A DNA stretch of 64,000 nucleotides, from positions 192 through 64,191 of the forward strand of contig USIO01000002.1 in NCBI GenBank assembly GCA_900554815.1, in the 5' to 3' direction. Positions 17,800 to 28,347 of the stretch are shown here, in pieces. Origin of the DNA: an uncultured Clostridium sp. (GTDB lineage Bacteria > Bacillota > Clostridia > TANB77 > CAG-508). Position 1 is the first letter of the stretch. Every line of letters begins with the position of its first letter. A model generated the notes under the pieces. That model had not been told where the DNA came from, searched no databases, and saw only the letters and a list, made by a program, of their open reading frames with translations. Made by a program: the position numbers and the translations under genes.

Positions 17800-19021
17800 T
17801 TTCACTACCTCCAATACTCGAGTTATTCTCATTTTCAACTTTATTGTTTTCTGCATTTGCTTTATTACTTGACATTGCAATTTGTCCTGCTAGCTCTGGA
17901 AGTGGTCTCATTCCAAATGCTGTACGAAGTTCGTTTTTATAACAGCTTGCACTATCAACCAATAAATCAAATAATTCTATCTTTTGGCTTGTATCCATAA
18001 AAATTAATTCATGTGGGTACATCATAATTTTGTTTCCAAATCCTTTTTCTCTAACACTAAACATAGACATTGTAAAAGATTCGCCTGTTCTTTTTAAAAT
18101 TGGCTCTAAGCTTTTTTGATAAAAAGCTTCGTATTGTGCTTTTGTATAATCTCCAGTTAATATTGGAAGAGAGACTCCAAAATTTCTCAATATTTTTTCA
18201 TCAATAAATTTTAAAGTAGTAGCATCTACTAATTGAATTTTGTTTTGTAATGGTATATATTCCCCTTTAATATCTAGTGGTAAAAATCCGCTTTCATTAT
18301 TAGAAAGTCTTTTCTCCATATTCTTTATGTTTTCTTCCATTTTGCCATCGTCCATTAAAGTATTATATTTAATAACTCCATTTATGGAAAAAGAGCTTTT
18401 CAATGCTTTTGCTACTCCTTGCAATAATGTGTGGTTAAGTTCTAGCGTTTTTAATAATGCTTTGTTATCAGGTTGTCCTTTTTCATTGCCACCCATAAAT
18501 TCATTAACTGAATACCTATACTTTATATGTATTACATCTGAATATGCTAAAATTGTTTCATATCCATTTATGAATTTGAATTGAATTCCTAGTTTTCCCT
18601 CTGGATCTTGCAAAAAAGTAACATCTATTGGTTGTATAGGATATAAGCCAGTATATTTTTTATTTCCTTTATTGTCTCTATAATATGTTGGAACAATAAA
18701 AGCATTATAATTTAAAAATAATTGCCAATATACCTTTTCAAAAAAGTCCGTTTGTGTCATTCTTTCATTTGGTTCTTCTAATAGTCTTTGAATTTCACTA
18801 TTCTCAACTGGTACTAAGTCACTTCCGTCTTTTTTTATATGATATGGATTTGCCTTTGTTAATTCTGTTACTAAGCAAGATATTGCTTGTTGTACAACAT
18901 CACTTGCATATATATCTTGACCAAATTGTGAAAAGATAGGGGTATATCCATTCAACATTTGAGCATATTTAAAATTTTGCTTAATCTTCTTAAATTTGTT
19001 AATAAAATCAATTAGTCCCAA
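17789..19021 (-). CDS. Portal protein, HK97 family
   Basis: 410 aa. Lies between terminase large subunit and protease. Acidic C-terminus. Confidence 0.8.
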   Translation of the reverse strand: MGLIDFINKFKKIKQNFKYAQMLNGYTPIFSQFGQDIYASDVVQQAISCLVTELTKANPYHIKKDGSDLVPVENSEIQRLLEEPNERMTQTDFFEKVYWQLFLNYNAFIVPTYYRDNKGNKKYTGLYPIQPIDVTFLQDPEGKLGIQFKFINGYETILAYSDVIHIKYRYSVNEFMGGNEKGQPDNKALLKTLELNHTLLQGVAKALKSSFSINGVIKYNTLMDDGKMEENIKNMEKRLSNNESGFLPLDIKGEYIPLQNKIQLVDATTLKFIDEKILRNFGVSLPILTGDYTKAQYEAFYQKSLEPILKRTGESFTMSMFSVREKGFGNKIMMYPHELIFMDTSQKIELFDLLVDSASCYKNELRTAFGMRPLPELAGQIAMSSNKANAENNKVENENNSSIGGSENEE

Positions 19022-19175
19022 GGTCTTTTACCTCCTTAATCTCTAAAATATCTGTATTTCTATTATTCATATAAAAAATATATCTTGCTTCTGTTTGGCT
19101 AGTTGCTTTTATTTTTTCAACATAAATGTCAAAACCTTTTTGATATTTAATTTCATATTCTTTCATATCTACACC

Positions 19176-20843
19176 TTACCCATTAACTAACTTGTGGAAT
19201 TCATTTCGATATCTTCTATATATTTCATATAGAATTATCAATGTTACAGCTCCATCAATTCTTTTATTTGCTTGTTTCTTTACTTTGACACACATAATAT
19301 TTCCTAAGTTATCCATTTCTATTGCGGAATTTCCTAGACACCACTTATCAATTTCATTGCTATTGTAATTTATAAGTCTATCCTTCAAGTCTGCTTCCAC
19401 ATATTTCATTGCATTACTTAAAACCTTACCTTGCAATATCATTTCTACTTCTAAATTGTAATCATTCATTCTGTCTGTAAAAGCTTTTGAAAATCTTTGG
19501 TCATATCCTGCTATATATGACTTAATATTGTAATCTTTATATAATTGATAAAACCAATCTGCTATTTTAGTAATATCTATTTCATTACCATCATGGATTG
19601 TTAATAAACCTTTTCTTGCCCATTCTTCATAATTAGCTCCTGCAGCTTTATCGTCACTATCTTCTAGTTTACTTTCTGGTATCCAATAATGTGAAAATAC
19701 ATATTTTGTTTTATCGTTTGGTTTCATTAATAATATTTTTGCATTTGATAAGTCTGTTGTTGCTGAGAGGTCAACTGCACCCAAACAAAAAGAACCTCTA
19801 AAGTCCTCTAGACTAAATGGTTCTTGTTCATAACTATAATCTTCATACATCAACCATGCTTGAGCATTGTTTTGTTTAATATTAAAGTCCTTGCAAAGTG
19901 TGTGCATTCTTTTTGATTTTGAAGTTTTTGATTTTTCTATTTCACTTCGTAATGATTTCCATTTTTTTACCACTCCTAATCCCGGATTTGATTTATACCA
20001 ACTTTGTTCATCTTGCCATATTTCTTCTTCACTGTCTTGTGTATAAAGCCATGGTAAATAATGAATATCATCGGTTTCGTCAAATAAAACTTCTCTTGCA
20101 TATTTTAGTTCATTGTCTAGATATCCATCATTAATAAATCCTTCTGTTGTTAGATTTATAAATAATGGTTCATCTTTTGTCGACATTGATTTCTGACCTG
20201 CTTCAGCAATTTCATCATTTGGTGCATCGTGGCTTTCATCCATATACATTTTGTCTATGTTTCTACCATCTTTATTTTGAGTTTTACCTGACATTTTAAA
20301 TATTGTTATATTTTTTTGTGTATTACAGATTTCAGACATATTTTTGTGAGTAACTTTTGAGTGTGGATCTATTCTTTTTCTCATATTGTCTATTTCATTC
20401 CAAAGTAAGCTAGCTTGCTTATCATCGTTAGATGCACAGACTATATCCATTCCACCTTCGCCAATTCTCAAATCTGCATGAGCATCTGCTGCCATAAGTG
20501 TTGTTTTTCCATTCTTTCTTGCTATCAATAAAAGTATATTTTGAAATCTTCTTACCCATCTTTTTAATTCTGGATCATATACTTTAAAAGAATATATTAC
20601 TTCAATAAAAGCCTTTTCCCAGAGTAATAATTGCATTGGCATATTATAAAAAGGTCTTTTGCTTTGCAAACATAAATGTTCCATAAAATCAATTCTTAAA
20701 TGTGCCTCTTCTGTGTCATATTTATAGTTAGGATTTTTTAAATCTTTAATTAGTTTTTGTAATTCTGTTTTTAATTCTAAGCCTACTATTATATTTCCAC
20801 TTTTAATTTCTTCATAATATTGTTCTAAGAAGTATTTACTCAT
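19176..20843 (-). CDS. terL: Terminase large subunit
   Basis: Walker A LLIARKNGKTTLMA. C-terminal nuclease-like region. 555 aa. Confidence 0.9.
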   Translation of the reverse strand: MSKYFLEQYYEEIKSGNIIVGLELKTELQKLIKDLKNPNYKYDTEEAHLRIDFMEHLCLQSKRPFYNMPMQLLLWEKAFIEVIYSFKVYDPELKRWVRRFQNILLLIARKNGKTTLMAADAHADLRIGEGGMDIVCASNDDKQASLLWNEIDNMRKRIDPHSKVTHKNMSEICNTQKNITIFKMSGKTQNKDGRNIDKMYMDESHDAPNDEIAEAGQKSMSTKDEPLFINLTTEGFINDGYLDNELKYAREVLFDETDDIHYLPWLYTQDSEEEIWQDEQSWYKSNPGLGVVKKWKSLRSEIEKSKTSKSKRMHTLCKDFNIKQNNAQAWLMYEDYSYEQEPFSLEDFRGSFCLGAVDLSATTDLSNAKILLMKPNDKTKYVFSHYWIPESKLEDSDDKAAGANYEEWARKGLLTIHDGNEIDITKIADWFYQLYKDYNIKSYIAGYDQRFSKAFTDRMNDYNLEVEMILQGKVLSNAMKYVEADLKDRLINYNSNEIDKWCLGNSAIEMDNLGNIMCVKVKKQANKRIDGAVTLIILYEIYRRYRNEFHKLVNG

Positions 20844-21153
20844 ATTGTTGCCTTTTTCTTTCTTCTAGCCATTTTGTAACAGCATCTTCTTCAACTTCAT
20901 GTCCATTTATCATTGAATATAACATTCTTATCGCATTCATGTAACTTTGTGAGTGTTCCTTATATAATTTAGCTGCTGTTGTGGCTCTTTGTTTTGTTGG
21001 ATCTTTAGGATGAACTTGTATAAATGGATGTTTTTTTAATTCTTCCATTCGTTCTTCCAAAAAGGCTATATTATCTAAAAGTGGATTAATTAATTTTTTC
21101 TTGTTTTCATCAATATCCTTAAAAATATTGTCTAATTCTTCCCTTCTTGTCAC
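20836..21153 (-). CDS. terS: Terminase small subunit (P27 family-like)
   Basis: 105 aa. Overlaps the terL start by 8 nt. Directly downstream of the HNH gene (HNH-TerS-TerL is the cos-type packaging arrangement). Confidence 0.55.
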   Translation of the reverse strand: MTRREELDNIFKDIDENKKKLINPLLDNIAFLEERMEELKKHPFIQVHPKDPTKQRATTAAKLYKEHSQSYMNAIRMLYSMINGHEVEEDAVTKWLEERKRQQYE

Positions 21154-21278
21154 TTAACCTTCCTTCTTCCTATATATATTTCTATTTTTTCAAAAAAAAT
21201 GAAATTTTTGCCTCGTGTGAAAAAGAGGTACCCCTTACAGTCCCCAGCCAATGTATTTTATATCTTGATAGGGGGGGA

Positions 21279-21947
21279 CTATGGTTGAAAGCTTTCAAAC
21301 CATTCTTCTATATATTCTTTCCAATTATCATTTTTTGCACGATTTAAACAAATATCTTTACTACATTCAATGAATATCGTTTCAGCTCCGAGCTTGTCTG
21401 CTAGTCTTTGTCTTTCCATCTTTAATGGATAAGTACCTACTATAAAAGCATTCTGCCAGTTGCCTAGTCTCATCTTGATTTGTTCAAGTAGATTATTCCT
21501 TGTTTCAAAAACATTTTGCTGTAATTTCTTAGGTTTGTTATACTTGTCGCAGAAGCTAATGCACTCCCATATTTTGTCTATATCTATGATTAAATCATCA
21601 GTTGTTGCCATTTCTTCTACCCATGTTGACTTACCAGAACATGGAGAACCATAAACTATATATACTTTCTTAGGTAATTCATATCCAAATCTATGATGTA
21701 CTGCATTATGGCATTTAAAATGTATCAACATTATATTGTCTTTGTTAAGGCTTATATTATAGTCATTTACATTTGCATTGTTTAATGGTATCTTATGATG
21801 TCCTATGCAGTCATAGGCTTTTACTATTTCTTTTCCACAGTATTCACATATTAGCTGTCCTTCCTTATTTGTTCTTTCTAGTTTCAATTCTTCGAGTAGT
21901 TTCTGCCATTCTTTAGATTTATATAATTCATGAGGATTTGCAAACAT
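21279..21947 (-). CDS. HNH endonuclease fused to a C-terminal P-loop NTPase/kinase-like domain
   Basis: N-terminus CEYCGK..HHKIPL..N....CHNAVHH (HNH). C-terminus VYIVYGSPCSGKSTWVEE (Walker A). Adjacent to the terminase genes. Confidence 0.7.
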   Translation of the reverse strand: MFANPHELYKSKEWQKLLEELKLERTNKEGQLICEYCGKEIVKAYDCIGHHKIPLNNANVNDYNISLNKDNIMLIHFKCHNAVHHRFGYELPKKVYIVYGSPCSGKSTWVEEMATTDDLIIDIDKIWECISFCDKYNKPKKLQQNVFETRNNLLEQIKMRLGNWQNAFIVGTYPLKMERQRLADKLGAETIFIECSKDICLNRAKNDNWKEYIEEWFESFQP

Positions 21948-21961
21948 ATTTTTCTATCTCC

Positions 21962-22594
21962 TTACCAAATATCATTTTCAATTTGTTTTTCTTTTAGCTC
22001 TAACATCTTCTTACTAAATCCTAATTTTAGCATATTCTCTCTGCTCTTACGTTTTGATTCTTGAACTCTTGTAAGTCCATCTTCTATTCTTTGTATTGTG
22101 TTCAATGTTGGTTCCGCTTCTGTTACTGTTTCAGTATCTCCTCCATTATTCTTTTTACGAATAAATCCTATTGTCATATCTTTATCTTTTCCTTCTAGAG
22201 TTCTTATTCTTTTTAGCATTCTCTTTTCTCTTATTGTAAGTAGCTTATATTCATTGACATATTCTTTCATCATTAAGCTATCTATGTCATTATCATTAAT
22301 TGTATAATTGTTATATAATTCAAGCTCCTCTTCTGTCAGTACATCTTTATATATTTGTTCATATTCTCCAGTAACAACAGCATTTTTATTATTGCTAGTT
22401 GCTCCTGTTCCTCCTTTGTTTTTCTTGGCATTTTGGTTTCCCTTATATAGTTCACTTTTATTTCTAGTCAAATTATATTTATATATAATCTTCTTTAAAT
22501 CAGACAAAGTAATGTTGTGTTTTTTATAAATGTCTTTGTATGTCATTCCATTTAAATAATCATTTTTTATGTTCTCTATTTTCTTAAATGTCAA
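21962..22594 (-). CDS. DNA-binding protein with N-terminal HTH (packaging-associated or terminase small subunit-like; uncertain)
   Basis: N-terminus NGMTYKDIYKKHNITLSDLKKIIYKY is HTH-like. 210 aa. Upstream of HNH and terminase. Confidence 0.3.
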   Translation of the reverse strand: MTFKKIENIKNDYLNGMTYKDIYKKHNITLSDLKKIIYKYNLTRNKSELYKGNQNAKKNKGGTGATSNNKNAVVTGEYEQIYKDVLTEEELELYNNYTINDNDIDSLMMKEYVNEYKLLTIREKRMLKRIRTLEGKDKDMTIGFIRKKNNGGDTETVTEAEPTLNTIQRIEDGLTRVQESKRKSRENMLKLGFSKKMLELKEKQIENDIW

Positions 22595-22613
22595 TGCATC
22601 TCACCCACCTCCA

Positions 22614-23648
22614 TTACCTTTTTAATTTATCTAATAACTGTTCTTTAATCTTCTCAGCAATTTTTTTCATCATTACTGGTGGAACACTCATTCCACATAT
22701 GTATTGAACATTTTGTCCACAAAAGTTATAATCTTGTGGAAATGTTTGAATTAGTTTAATATCTCTATCACTTATTGATGCTGGCACATCGAATCTTAAA
22801 AATAAGCTTCCAGATGCTAATGTGTTTGGTATCCTATTATCTTTAACAAATTGTGTATTGAAGCTACTAATCTTACCATTTTCTGTTCTTTCAATAGTAT
22901 CACATAAATTGTTGTCCCTTTTACTTCTCTTTAACCATCTTTTGTATAACATAGTATCCTTATTTATTAATTTGTACTCTGTATCTTTTATTTCTCCATA
23001 GGTTATAAATTTTTCATTAAATTCTAATTGTATCTTCGGCAAATCTAAATCTTCTCTTATCGAAATAAAAAATACTCTTTCTCTCTTTTGAGGAACTCCC
23101 ATTCTTGCAGAGTTTAATAGAAATATTTGTGTTCTATATCCTATTTTTTCTAATTCTTTTATTATTAAGTTTACATATCCTCTAGCATTGCCCATTATTA
23201 TTCCTTTTACATTTTCTGCTACAATTATTTTGGGTTTTAATCTTCCTGCTAACTTTATAAATTCAAAAAACAAATCATCCAAAACTTGAAATGCCTGTCC
23301 TTCTCTAAACTTTTTACTTTTTCCCCAGTTTTTTTCTCTTTCTCCTGCTAGTGAAAAGGTACTACATGGAGGGCTTCCATCTAATATATCTAAATCATAT
23401 AATTCTTGTGGATAATCTTCTAATTTATTCATTTCTTGTATTGGCATACAAAAATTATATTTTGGATGATGGTTACAGATATACACTTTATTTATTTTTT
23501 TATCAATTTCACAATTTCCTATAACATTGTATCCTGCTAGTTTATATCCCATAGTTGATCCTCCACCACAGGAAAAACATGAAAATACCTTATAATTATT
23601 TTTAGGAATATGTTTTAAATCCGTTAAATTCCATTCATACTCTGGCAT
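22614..23648 (-). CDS. DNA (cytosine-5)-methyltransferase
   Basis: Motif I FSCFSCGGGSTMG, motif IV GSPPCSTFS (catalytic Cys), motif VI AENVKG. 344 aa. Confidence 0.85.
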   Translation of the reverse strand: MPEYEWNLTDLKHIPKNNYKVFSCFSCGGGSTMGYKLAGYNVIGNCEIDKKINKVYICNHHPKYNFCMPIQEMNKLEDYPQELYDLDILDGSPPCSTFSLAGEREKNWGKSKKFREGQAFQVLDDLFFEFIKLAGRLKPKIIVAENVKGIIMGNARGYVNLIIKELEKIGYRTQIFLLNSARMGVPQKRERVFFISIREDLDLPKIQLEFNEKFITYGEIKDTEYKLINKDTMLYKRWLKRSKRDNNLCDTIERTENGKISSFNTQFVKDNRIPNTLASGSLFLRFDVPASISDRDIKLIQTFPQDYNFCGQNVQYICGMSVPPVMMKKIAEKIKEQLLDKLKR

Positions 23649-23658
23649 TATATTTTCC

Positions 23659-24249
23659 TCATTTCTTTATATCAAACATAAATCCACATTTTGGGCATTG
23701 ACATTGAAATTTATCATCTTTAAATTCTGACAAATCCACTTCTTCATTATCATTTATTATTTCTTCTGATTCTTTTAGTAATTTTTCAATTTCTTCATTA
23801 TCAAATCCTGTTAATAATAAATCTATATCCGCTTCTTTTAATTCTAGAAGTAAATCTTCTAACTTATCATAATCCCATTCTCCACTAATCTTATTTAGTG
23901 CAACATTTAATGCTTTTTCTTTTACTTTGTCTAGTTCAACAACATTACATTCAATTTCAGTATATCCTAATGTTTTTAATACTTTTAACCTTTGATGTCC
24001 ACCTATTACAGTCATATCTTTATTAACTATAATAGGATCCACATATCCAAATTCTTCAATACTTCTTTGAATCTTTTTCCATTCTTCATCTTCGGGTTGA
24101 AGAGATCTTTTCTTGGATTGTATTCTGCTAGTTTTAATTTTTCTATGTTTATTTTTTGAATGTTCATTTTCTTTCTCCTTAAAACAATTTATTTCATATT
24201 TACAATTTTTACATTCTCTTAACATACAGATTTTATAATTCATAGGCAT
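23659..24249 (-). CDS. ParB-like nuclease domain protein with Cys-rich N- and C-terminal zinc-ribbon-like segments
   Basis: GYVDPIIVNKDMTVIGGHQRLKVLKTLGYTEIECNVVEL matches the ParB N-domain (ParBc). Start set at MPMNYK (24249) because the longer ORF would overlap the tRNA-like element. Confidence 0.6.
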   Translation of the reverse strand: MPMNYKICMLRECKNCKYEINCFKEKENEHSKNKHRKIKTSRIQSKKRSLQPEDEEWKKIQRSIEEFGYVDPIIVNKDMTVIGGHQRLKVLKTLGYTEIECNVVELDKVKEKALNVALNKISGEWDYDKLEDLLLELKEADIDLLLTGFDNEEIEKLLKESEEIINDNEEVDLSEFKDDKFQCQCPKCGFMFDIKK

Positions 24250-24261
24250 ATATCCTTTTTT

Positions 24262-24335
24262 CTTTGGTTGCGGACATAGGATTCGAACCTCGTCTATGGG
24301 ATATGACCCCATCGTGCTGCCTTTGCACCATCTCC
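24262..24335 (-). ncRNA. Degenerate tRNA-fMet-like element (CAU anticodon loop), possible phage-borne tRNA or pseudo-tRNA
   Basis: GGTTCGAATCC T-loop and acceptor ..CCGCAACCA. D-stem GTGC/GCAC and anticodon stem ATGGG/CCCAT with loop GTCATAT. T-stem only 3 bp and one acceptor mismatch. Confidence 0.4.
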
Positions 24336-24487
24336 GCAATATAAAAAGCTACCTAAAGGGGAAGGTAGCTCTACAAAATTGGAAAAAGATATATGAAATT
24401 TCATATTTGCAATTTTTTGCAATTATAATTGTAACATATTATTTTTTTTAATAATACGGACAAAATATATAAATTTTATGTACAAAA

Positions 24488-24931
24488 CTAAGACATTTTT
24501 TTATTCTTATCATATTCCTTTTGCATTTTCTTAATCGATCTATCTATTGTTTTTTGTATAGCACCATATCCTCTATCCTTTTTTACTGCTATTTCCTCTA
24601 TGCTTATTTTCTGATAATAACGCATATCAATAATATCTTGATTATATTTCTTTAATGTTTTTACTAAATCTTCTACAATTTTCAAATCACTTTTTAAGTC
24701 ATCTATATATCTTTGTTTTTTATCTATCTTCTCATCTGCATTTACAACGGCCTCTTCTATTTTTGAAATTGTATAACCTTTAGCTTTTGGCATGCCATCT
24801 AATTTCGAGCTTTTTAAATCATATATTTCACTTTTTAATTCTCGAATTTCTTTTTCTGTAATACTAATCCTCAATTTATATACATTATAGTTTTCCAAAA
24901 CTTCTTGTACATTCATCATTTGCACCTCCAA
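24488..24931 (-). CDS. Putative late-gene transcriptional activator (sigma-70 region-4-like/ArpU-like)
   Basis: C-terminus DIIDMRYYQKISIEEIAVKKDRGYGAIQKTIDRSIKKM resembles a region 4 HTH. Located upstream of the packaging block. Confidence 0.35.
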   Translation of the reverse strand: MEVQMMNVQEVLENYNVYKLRISITEKEIRELKSEIYDLKSSKLDGMPKAKGYTISKIEEAVVNADEKIDKKQRYIDDLKSDLKIVEDLVKTLKKYNQDIIDMRYYQKISIEEIAVKKDRGYGAIQKTIDRSIKKMQKEYDKNKKMS

Positions 24932-25059
24932 TATATTTTTATAACTTGTAGCACTTTATACACCTGCCTTTCCTCTTCTCATTTTTCTATTGTGTTAGTT
25001 TTTGTTTTTTTCTTAATTAGAAATTATTTTTATTTAATTTTATTTACATATTGCTGTCG

Positions 25060-25497
25060 TTATCGTTTTTTATTTTTTTGAAAATTAGAAATTATATTAT
25101 AATATCTTAGATAAGTATATTTTTCTGTATTATTTTTAATAATTTGGTTTATTTCATTTTGTTGCATTCCTGCACATCTTAATAATTTTATAAACCTCTT
25201 CTTAGTAATCTTTTTATTCATATTTTTAGTAAGGCTCTCAGCTAATTCTACTATCGCTTTAGTAACGGTTTCTGCTACTTGTACAATTGTTTCAAATGTT
25301 TTTGCCAATGCATCTGATACTGGTTCTATTACATCTTTTATAGTTTGCTGTATTGCTTTTTCCATTAACGCATATTCTTCATCTGATATTATTATTGCTT
25401 GTTTATCTGCATCACATATAACTTCAGTAATATATCCAAACTTCACTATATTTTGTATGTTTTCTATTGAAATTTTTTCATACCCATATTTTTTCAT
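25060..25497 (-). CDS. Hypothetical early protein; shares the KKRFIKLL..G.Q.NE motif with 29407..29829
   Basis: 145 aa. ITKKRFIKLLRCAGMQQNEINQIIKN versus ITKKRFIKLLMGMGYQKNEAIKMHNEF. Confidence 0.3.
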   Translation of the reverse strand: MKKYGYEKISIENIQNIVKFGYITEVICDADKQAIIISDEEYALMEKAIQQTIKDVIEPVSDALAKTFETIVQVAETVTKAIVELAESLTKNMNKKITKKRFIKLLRCAGMQQNEINQIIKNNTEKYTYLRYYNIISNFQKNKKR

Positions 25498-25500
25498 CTT

Positions 25501-25719
25501 CTACTCCTCTTGATTTAGAATTACTTTTTCTATTTCTTCTATGCACTCTTTGCAATATTCCTTTTCGTTATTAAACATTTTTCTCATATTCTGTTGTATA
25601 TTATTTGCAACACCTTCAGTAGTCAGTCTCATTGTTCTATCTTCTTTTTCGTAAATATTTATAGTCCAATAGTTCCCTTTTATTTCTTTTTTGCATCTGT
25701 CACAAATTCTTTTTAACAT
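25501..25719 (-). CDS. Small zinc-ribbon protein
   Basis: CDRCKK...CKEC. Confidence 0.3.
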   Translation of the reverse strand: MLKRICDRCKKEIKGNYWTINIYEKEDRTMRLTTEGVANNIQQNMRKMFNNEKEYCKECIEEIEKVILNQEE

Positions 25720-26415
25720 ATTATCCCTCCTCTATATCATCAAATAGTTCTTCATATTTTTCTATATCATTTAAAGCATTTAATATGCCTTTTACTTCAT
25801 CTTCAGATATAAGTTCTATATAATCTTTATTTCTATATGTTATATCTGGTTGACCAACATATTCTCCTATGTGTACAAAGAATTGTCCTTTTTTTGTTTT
25901 ATACAATGTATGTCTATATTTTGGATATGTAGTAATAAATAATCCATCGTGTGGAATTTGTTTTATATATGTTATTATCTTTTCAGATGTTTCTGTATCA
26001 TATATTTTATTATTTTTTAAATATTTCACTTTAATTCTCCCTTCTTTATTTTTTATAAGCATTTTGATAATATTGTTCATGTGTAAGTATGCTAGTTATT
26101 TCCTCTTCTTTAATATGCCTATAATAAGCCCCTTTTCCACATTTAAATATACATACTGTGATTTGCTCGTCTGGTGTATAATTATCTGGTGAAATAATTT
26201 CTACTTCTGGAACTTGTATCTCTATAATTTTTTCTCCATTTATGTAATCTCCTACTTCTGCAATAGCGACTAATGTATCACTACTTTTTACAATTTTTCC
26301 ATATTCAAATTCATAATGTTTGTCTCCGTCTACTAATTTTTTTATTATATCGCCATGGCCTCCAATTGTATTTTCAAGAATATATCCATACTCTGTTCTT
26401 ACATATTTTTTTATT

Positions 26416-26781
26416 TCATTCTTTATCATTTTGCACCCCCAAAGATTTTAATATATCTCTTGCAAATTCATAATTTGTCAAGGCTATAGTTTTGCTTCTT
26501 AACCAACTTCTTCTATCGTGAGTGTCCTCATCCGTGCTTTGTATTAGTCTTTCAAAATGCTTCACTGTTTCTATATTATTTTTCATGCTTTGTTTTAATT
26601 TCATAATTAGTCTGTCTATCATACGGTCTTTTTCAATTATTTCAAATACATATTTTCTATTGCTTTCAATTTCTCTTTCTAAGCCTTCTTTATAAAATTT
26701 CAGATGCTGTAATACTATATTTATTGCTGATTCACTTGGACTTAGGGTCTCTAATTCTTTGATTGCTTCTTCAATTAACAT
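26416..26781 (-). CDS. Hypothetical early protein
   Basis: Start trimmed to MLIEEAIKELE to avoid a 100-nt overlap with the upstream ORF. Confidence 0.25.
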   Translation of the reverse strand: MLIEEAIKELETLSPSESAINIVLQHLKFYKEGLEREIESNRKYVFEIIEKDRMIDRLIMKLKQSMKNNIETVKHFERLIQSTDEDTHDRRSWLRSKTIALTNYEFARDILKSLGVQNDKE

Positions 26782-26782
26782 T

Positions 26783-27169
26783 TTATTTTTTCTCCTTCCT
26801 TTCAGACTTATCTTTGTCATGTATTCCAAATGGTAATTCAAAACCTTTTTCGAATACCCATATATGATACATATTGGCTGCATCTACTAACCTATCTTTT
26901 TGTGGGAATACTTCTATTGCGACTCTATCTTCTCCAAATAAGCTATCTTTTAGCCATTGTTTCTCTTTCCATGTTATTTCAGTTCCGTCCTTATTTCTAA
27001 AAGCACAATGTATCACTTTCCCCCATTCTGTATTAATTTCTCTTGTAATTGCTGCATATTCTCCATTATATGTATAATCTCTATTCATCTGACCAAACCA
27101 ACCGCTTCCTTTTCTCATTGATTTTGGTGATGGTTTTTCTATCCATCTATCATTTAAATTTATGCTCAT
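26783..27169 (-). CDS. Hypothetical early protein
   Basis: 128 aa, no motif recognised. Confidence 0.3.
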   Translation of the reverse strand: MSINLNDRWIEKPSPKSMRKGSGWFGQMNRDYTYNGEYAAITREINTEWGKVIHCAFRNKDGTEITWKEKQWLKDSLFGEDRVAIEVFPQKDRLVDAANMYHIWVFEKGFELPFGIHDKDKSERKEKK

Positions 27170-27801
27170 TATTCAGTCTCCTTCCTTTTCTTTGCACATT
27201 TTAAGTCCTGTATTACTCTTGGTGTATATTGCCTATTTTCTTGATTACTTTTTAATGTTGCTATGTTTTTTATTGTTACATCTGTTTCTGCACAAATGCC
27301 TTTTGTTATAAATTTGCTTGTATAAGGTTTAATTGTATTTATTAATTCTATTTTGTCTTTAATCATTCTTCTTTCTTTCAGCACTTTTTCTAATCTTTTA
27401 TATGTACTCATTATTTCTATTGCATTTAATTTACTTAATTCAATTTCATGTAATAGATCATCTCTTTCTCCTTCTTTTTTATACAATTCAGCATTTAATT
27501 TCTTTTCTGTATCTTCTATATTGAAGAAGAAATATTTTATATTTTCTAATAAATCTAATGTTTGTTTCATATCTTCAATTATCATAGTTTTCTTCCTTTC
27601 CTTTGTGTTTTTATTTTATAAATTAGATACTAATATGGTTTCCAGTCCTATCTTTGTAATTATTACAACTTTCAGATGAATTAAGCGTTTTTAGTTTTAA
27701 TAAACAATATGAAAACTTATCGTTTAATGTTGGAATACACCATTCACAATTTTCACAGTTTTCAGTTGTTTTTCTTTTTAATATTTTTTCCATTTCTTCA
27801 T

Positions 27802-28347
27802 TTACTCCTTTTCTATCAATTCTTCAGCCCAATATAATTTGTACATAGGATTATTAACTTTTTTGTTACAGTAATCACTTACAGTCTGTCTACTTATAAA
27901 TAATTTTTTTGATGCATCTCTTGTTCCCTTAAAAACCTTTGATATAACTCCTTTTTCGTCGAGCATAACTATTGATTTTCTATGTGACTGCCAACCAGTT
28001 CTTTTTCCCGCTTCCGATCGTGTAACTATAATTAAGTTTGATAATTTATTATCAGAAATGATACCGTTTTTGTGATAGACTACTTCATTTTTCTTTAATT
28101 TTCTTACAAATGTTTCCATTACTGTCTTCGCAACATTAAAGTTTTTTCTTTTTCCATCAATAGTCAAAATTATTATTTGCAAAGATCCTTTTTTAAATGT
28201 CTTTAGATATCTATACTTATATTTATAAATTTTTCTAAATCTTCCGTAATTACTAACTTCATATCTTGAATTTAATATATTTCTCCAAATTTCATCTTTG
28301 TACTTAATTTCATATTCTTTAATCATTTTTTCTCCTCTGTATCTCAT
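27802..28347 (-). CDS. HNH homing endonuclease (NUMOD4 + HNH_3-type)
   Basis: YEVSNYGRFRKIY (NUMOD4) and VYHKNGIISDNKLSNLII (HNH). C-terminal HTH-like SRQTVSDYC. Confidence 0.6.
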   Translation of the reverse strand: MRYRGEKMIKEYEIKYKDEIWRNILNSRYEVSNYGRFRKIYKYKYRYLKTFKKGSLQIIILTIDGKRKNFNVAKTVMETFVRKLKKNEVVYHKNGIISDNKLSNLIIVTRSEAGKRTGWQSHRKSIVMLDEKGVISKVFKGTRDASKKLFISRQTVSDYCNKKVNNPMYKLYWAEELIEKE

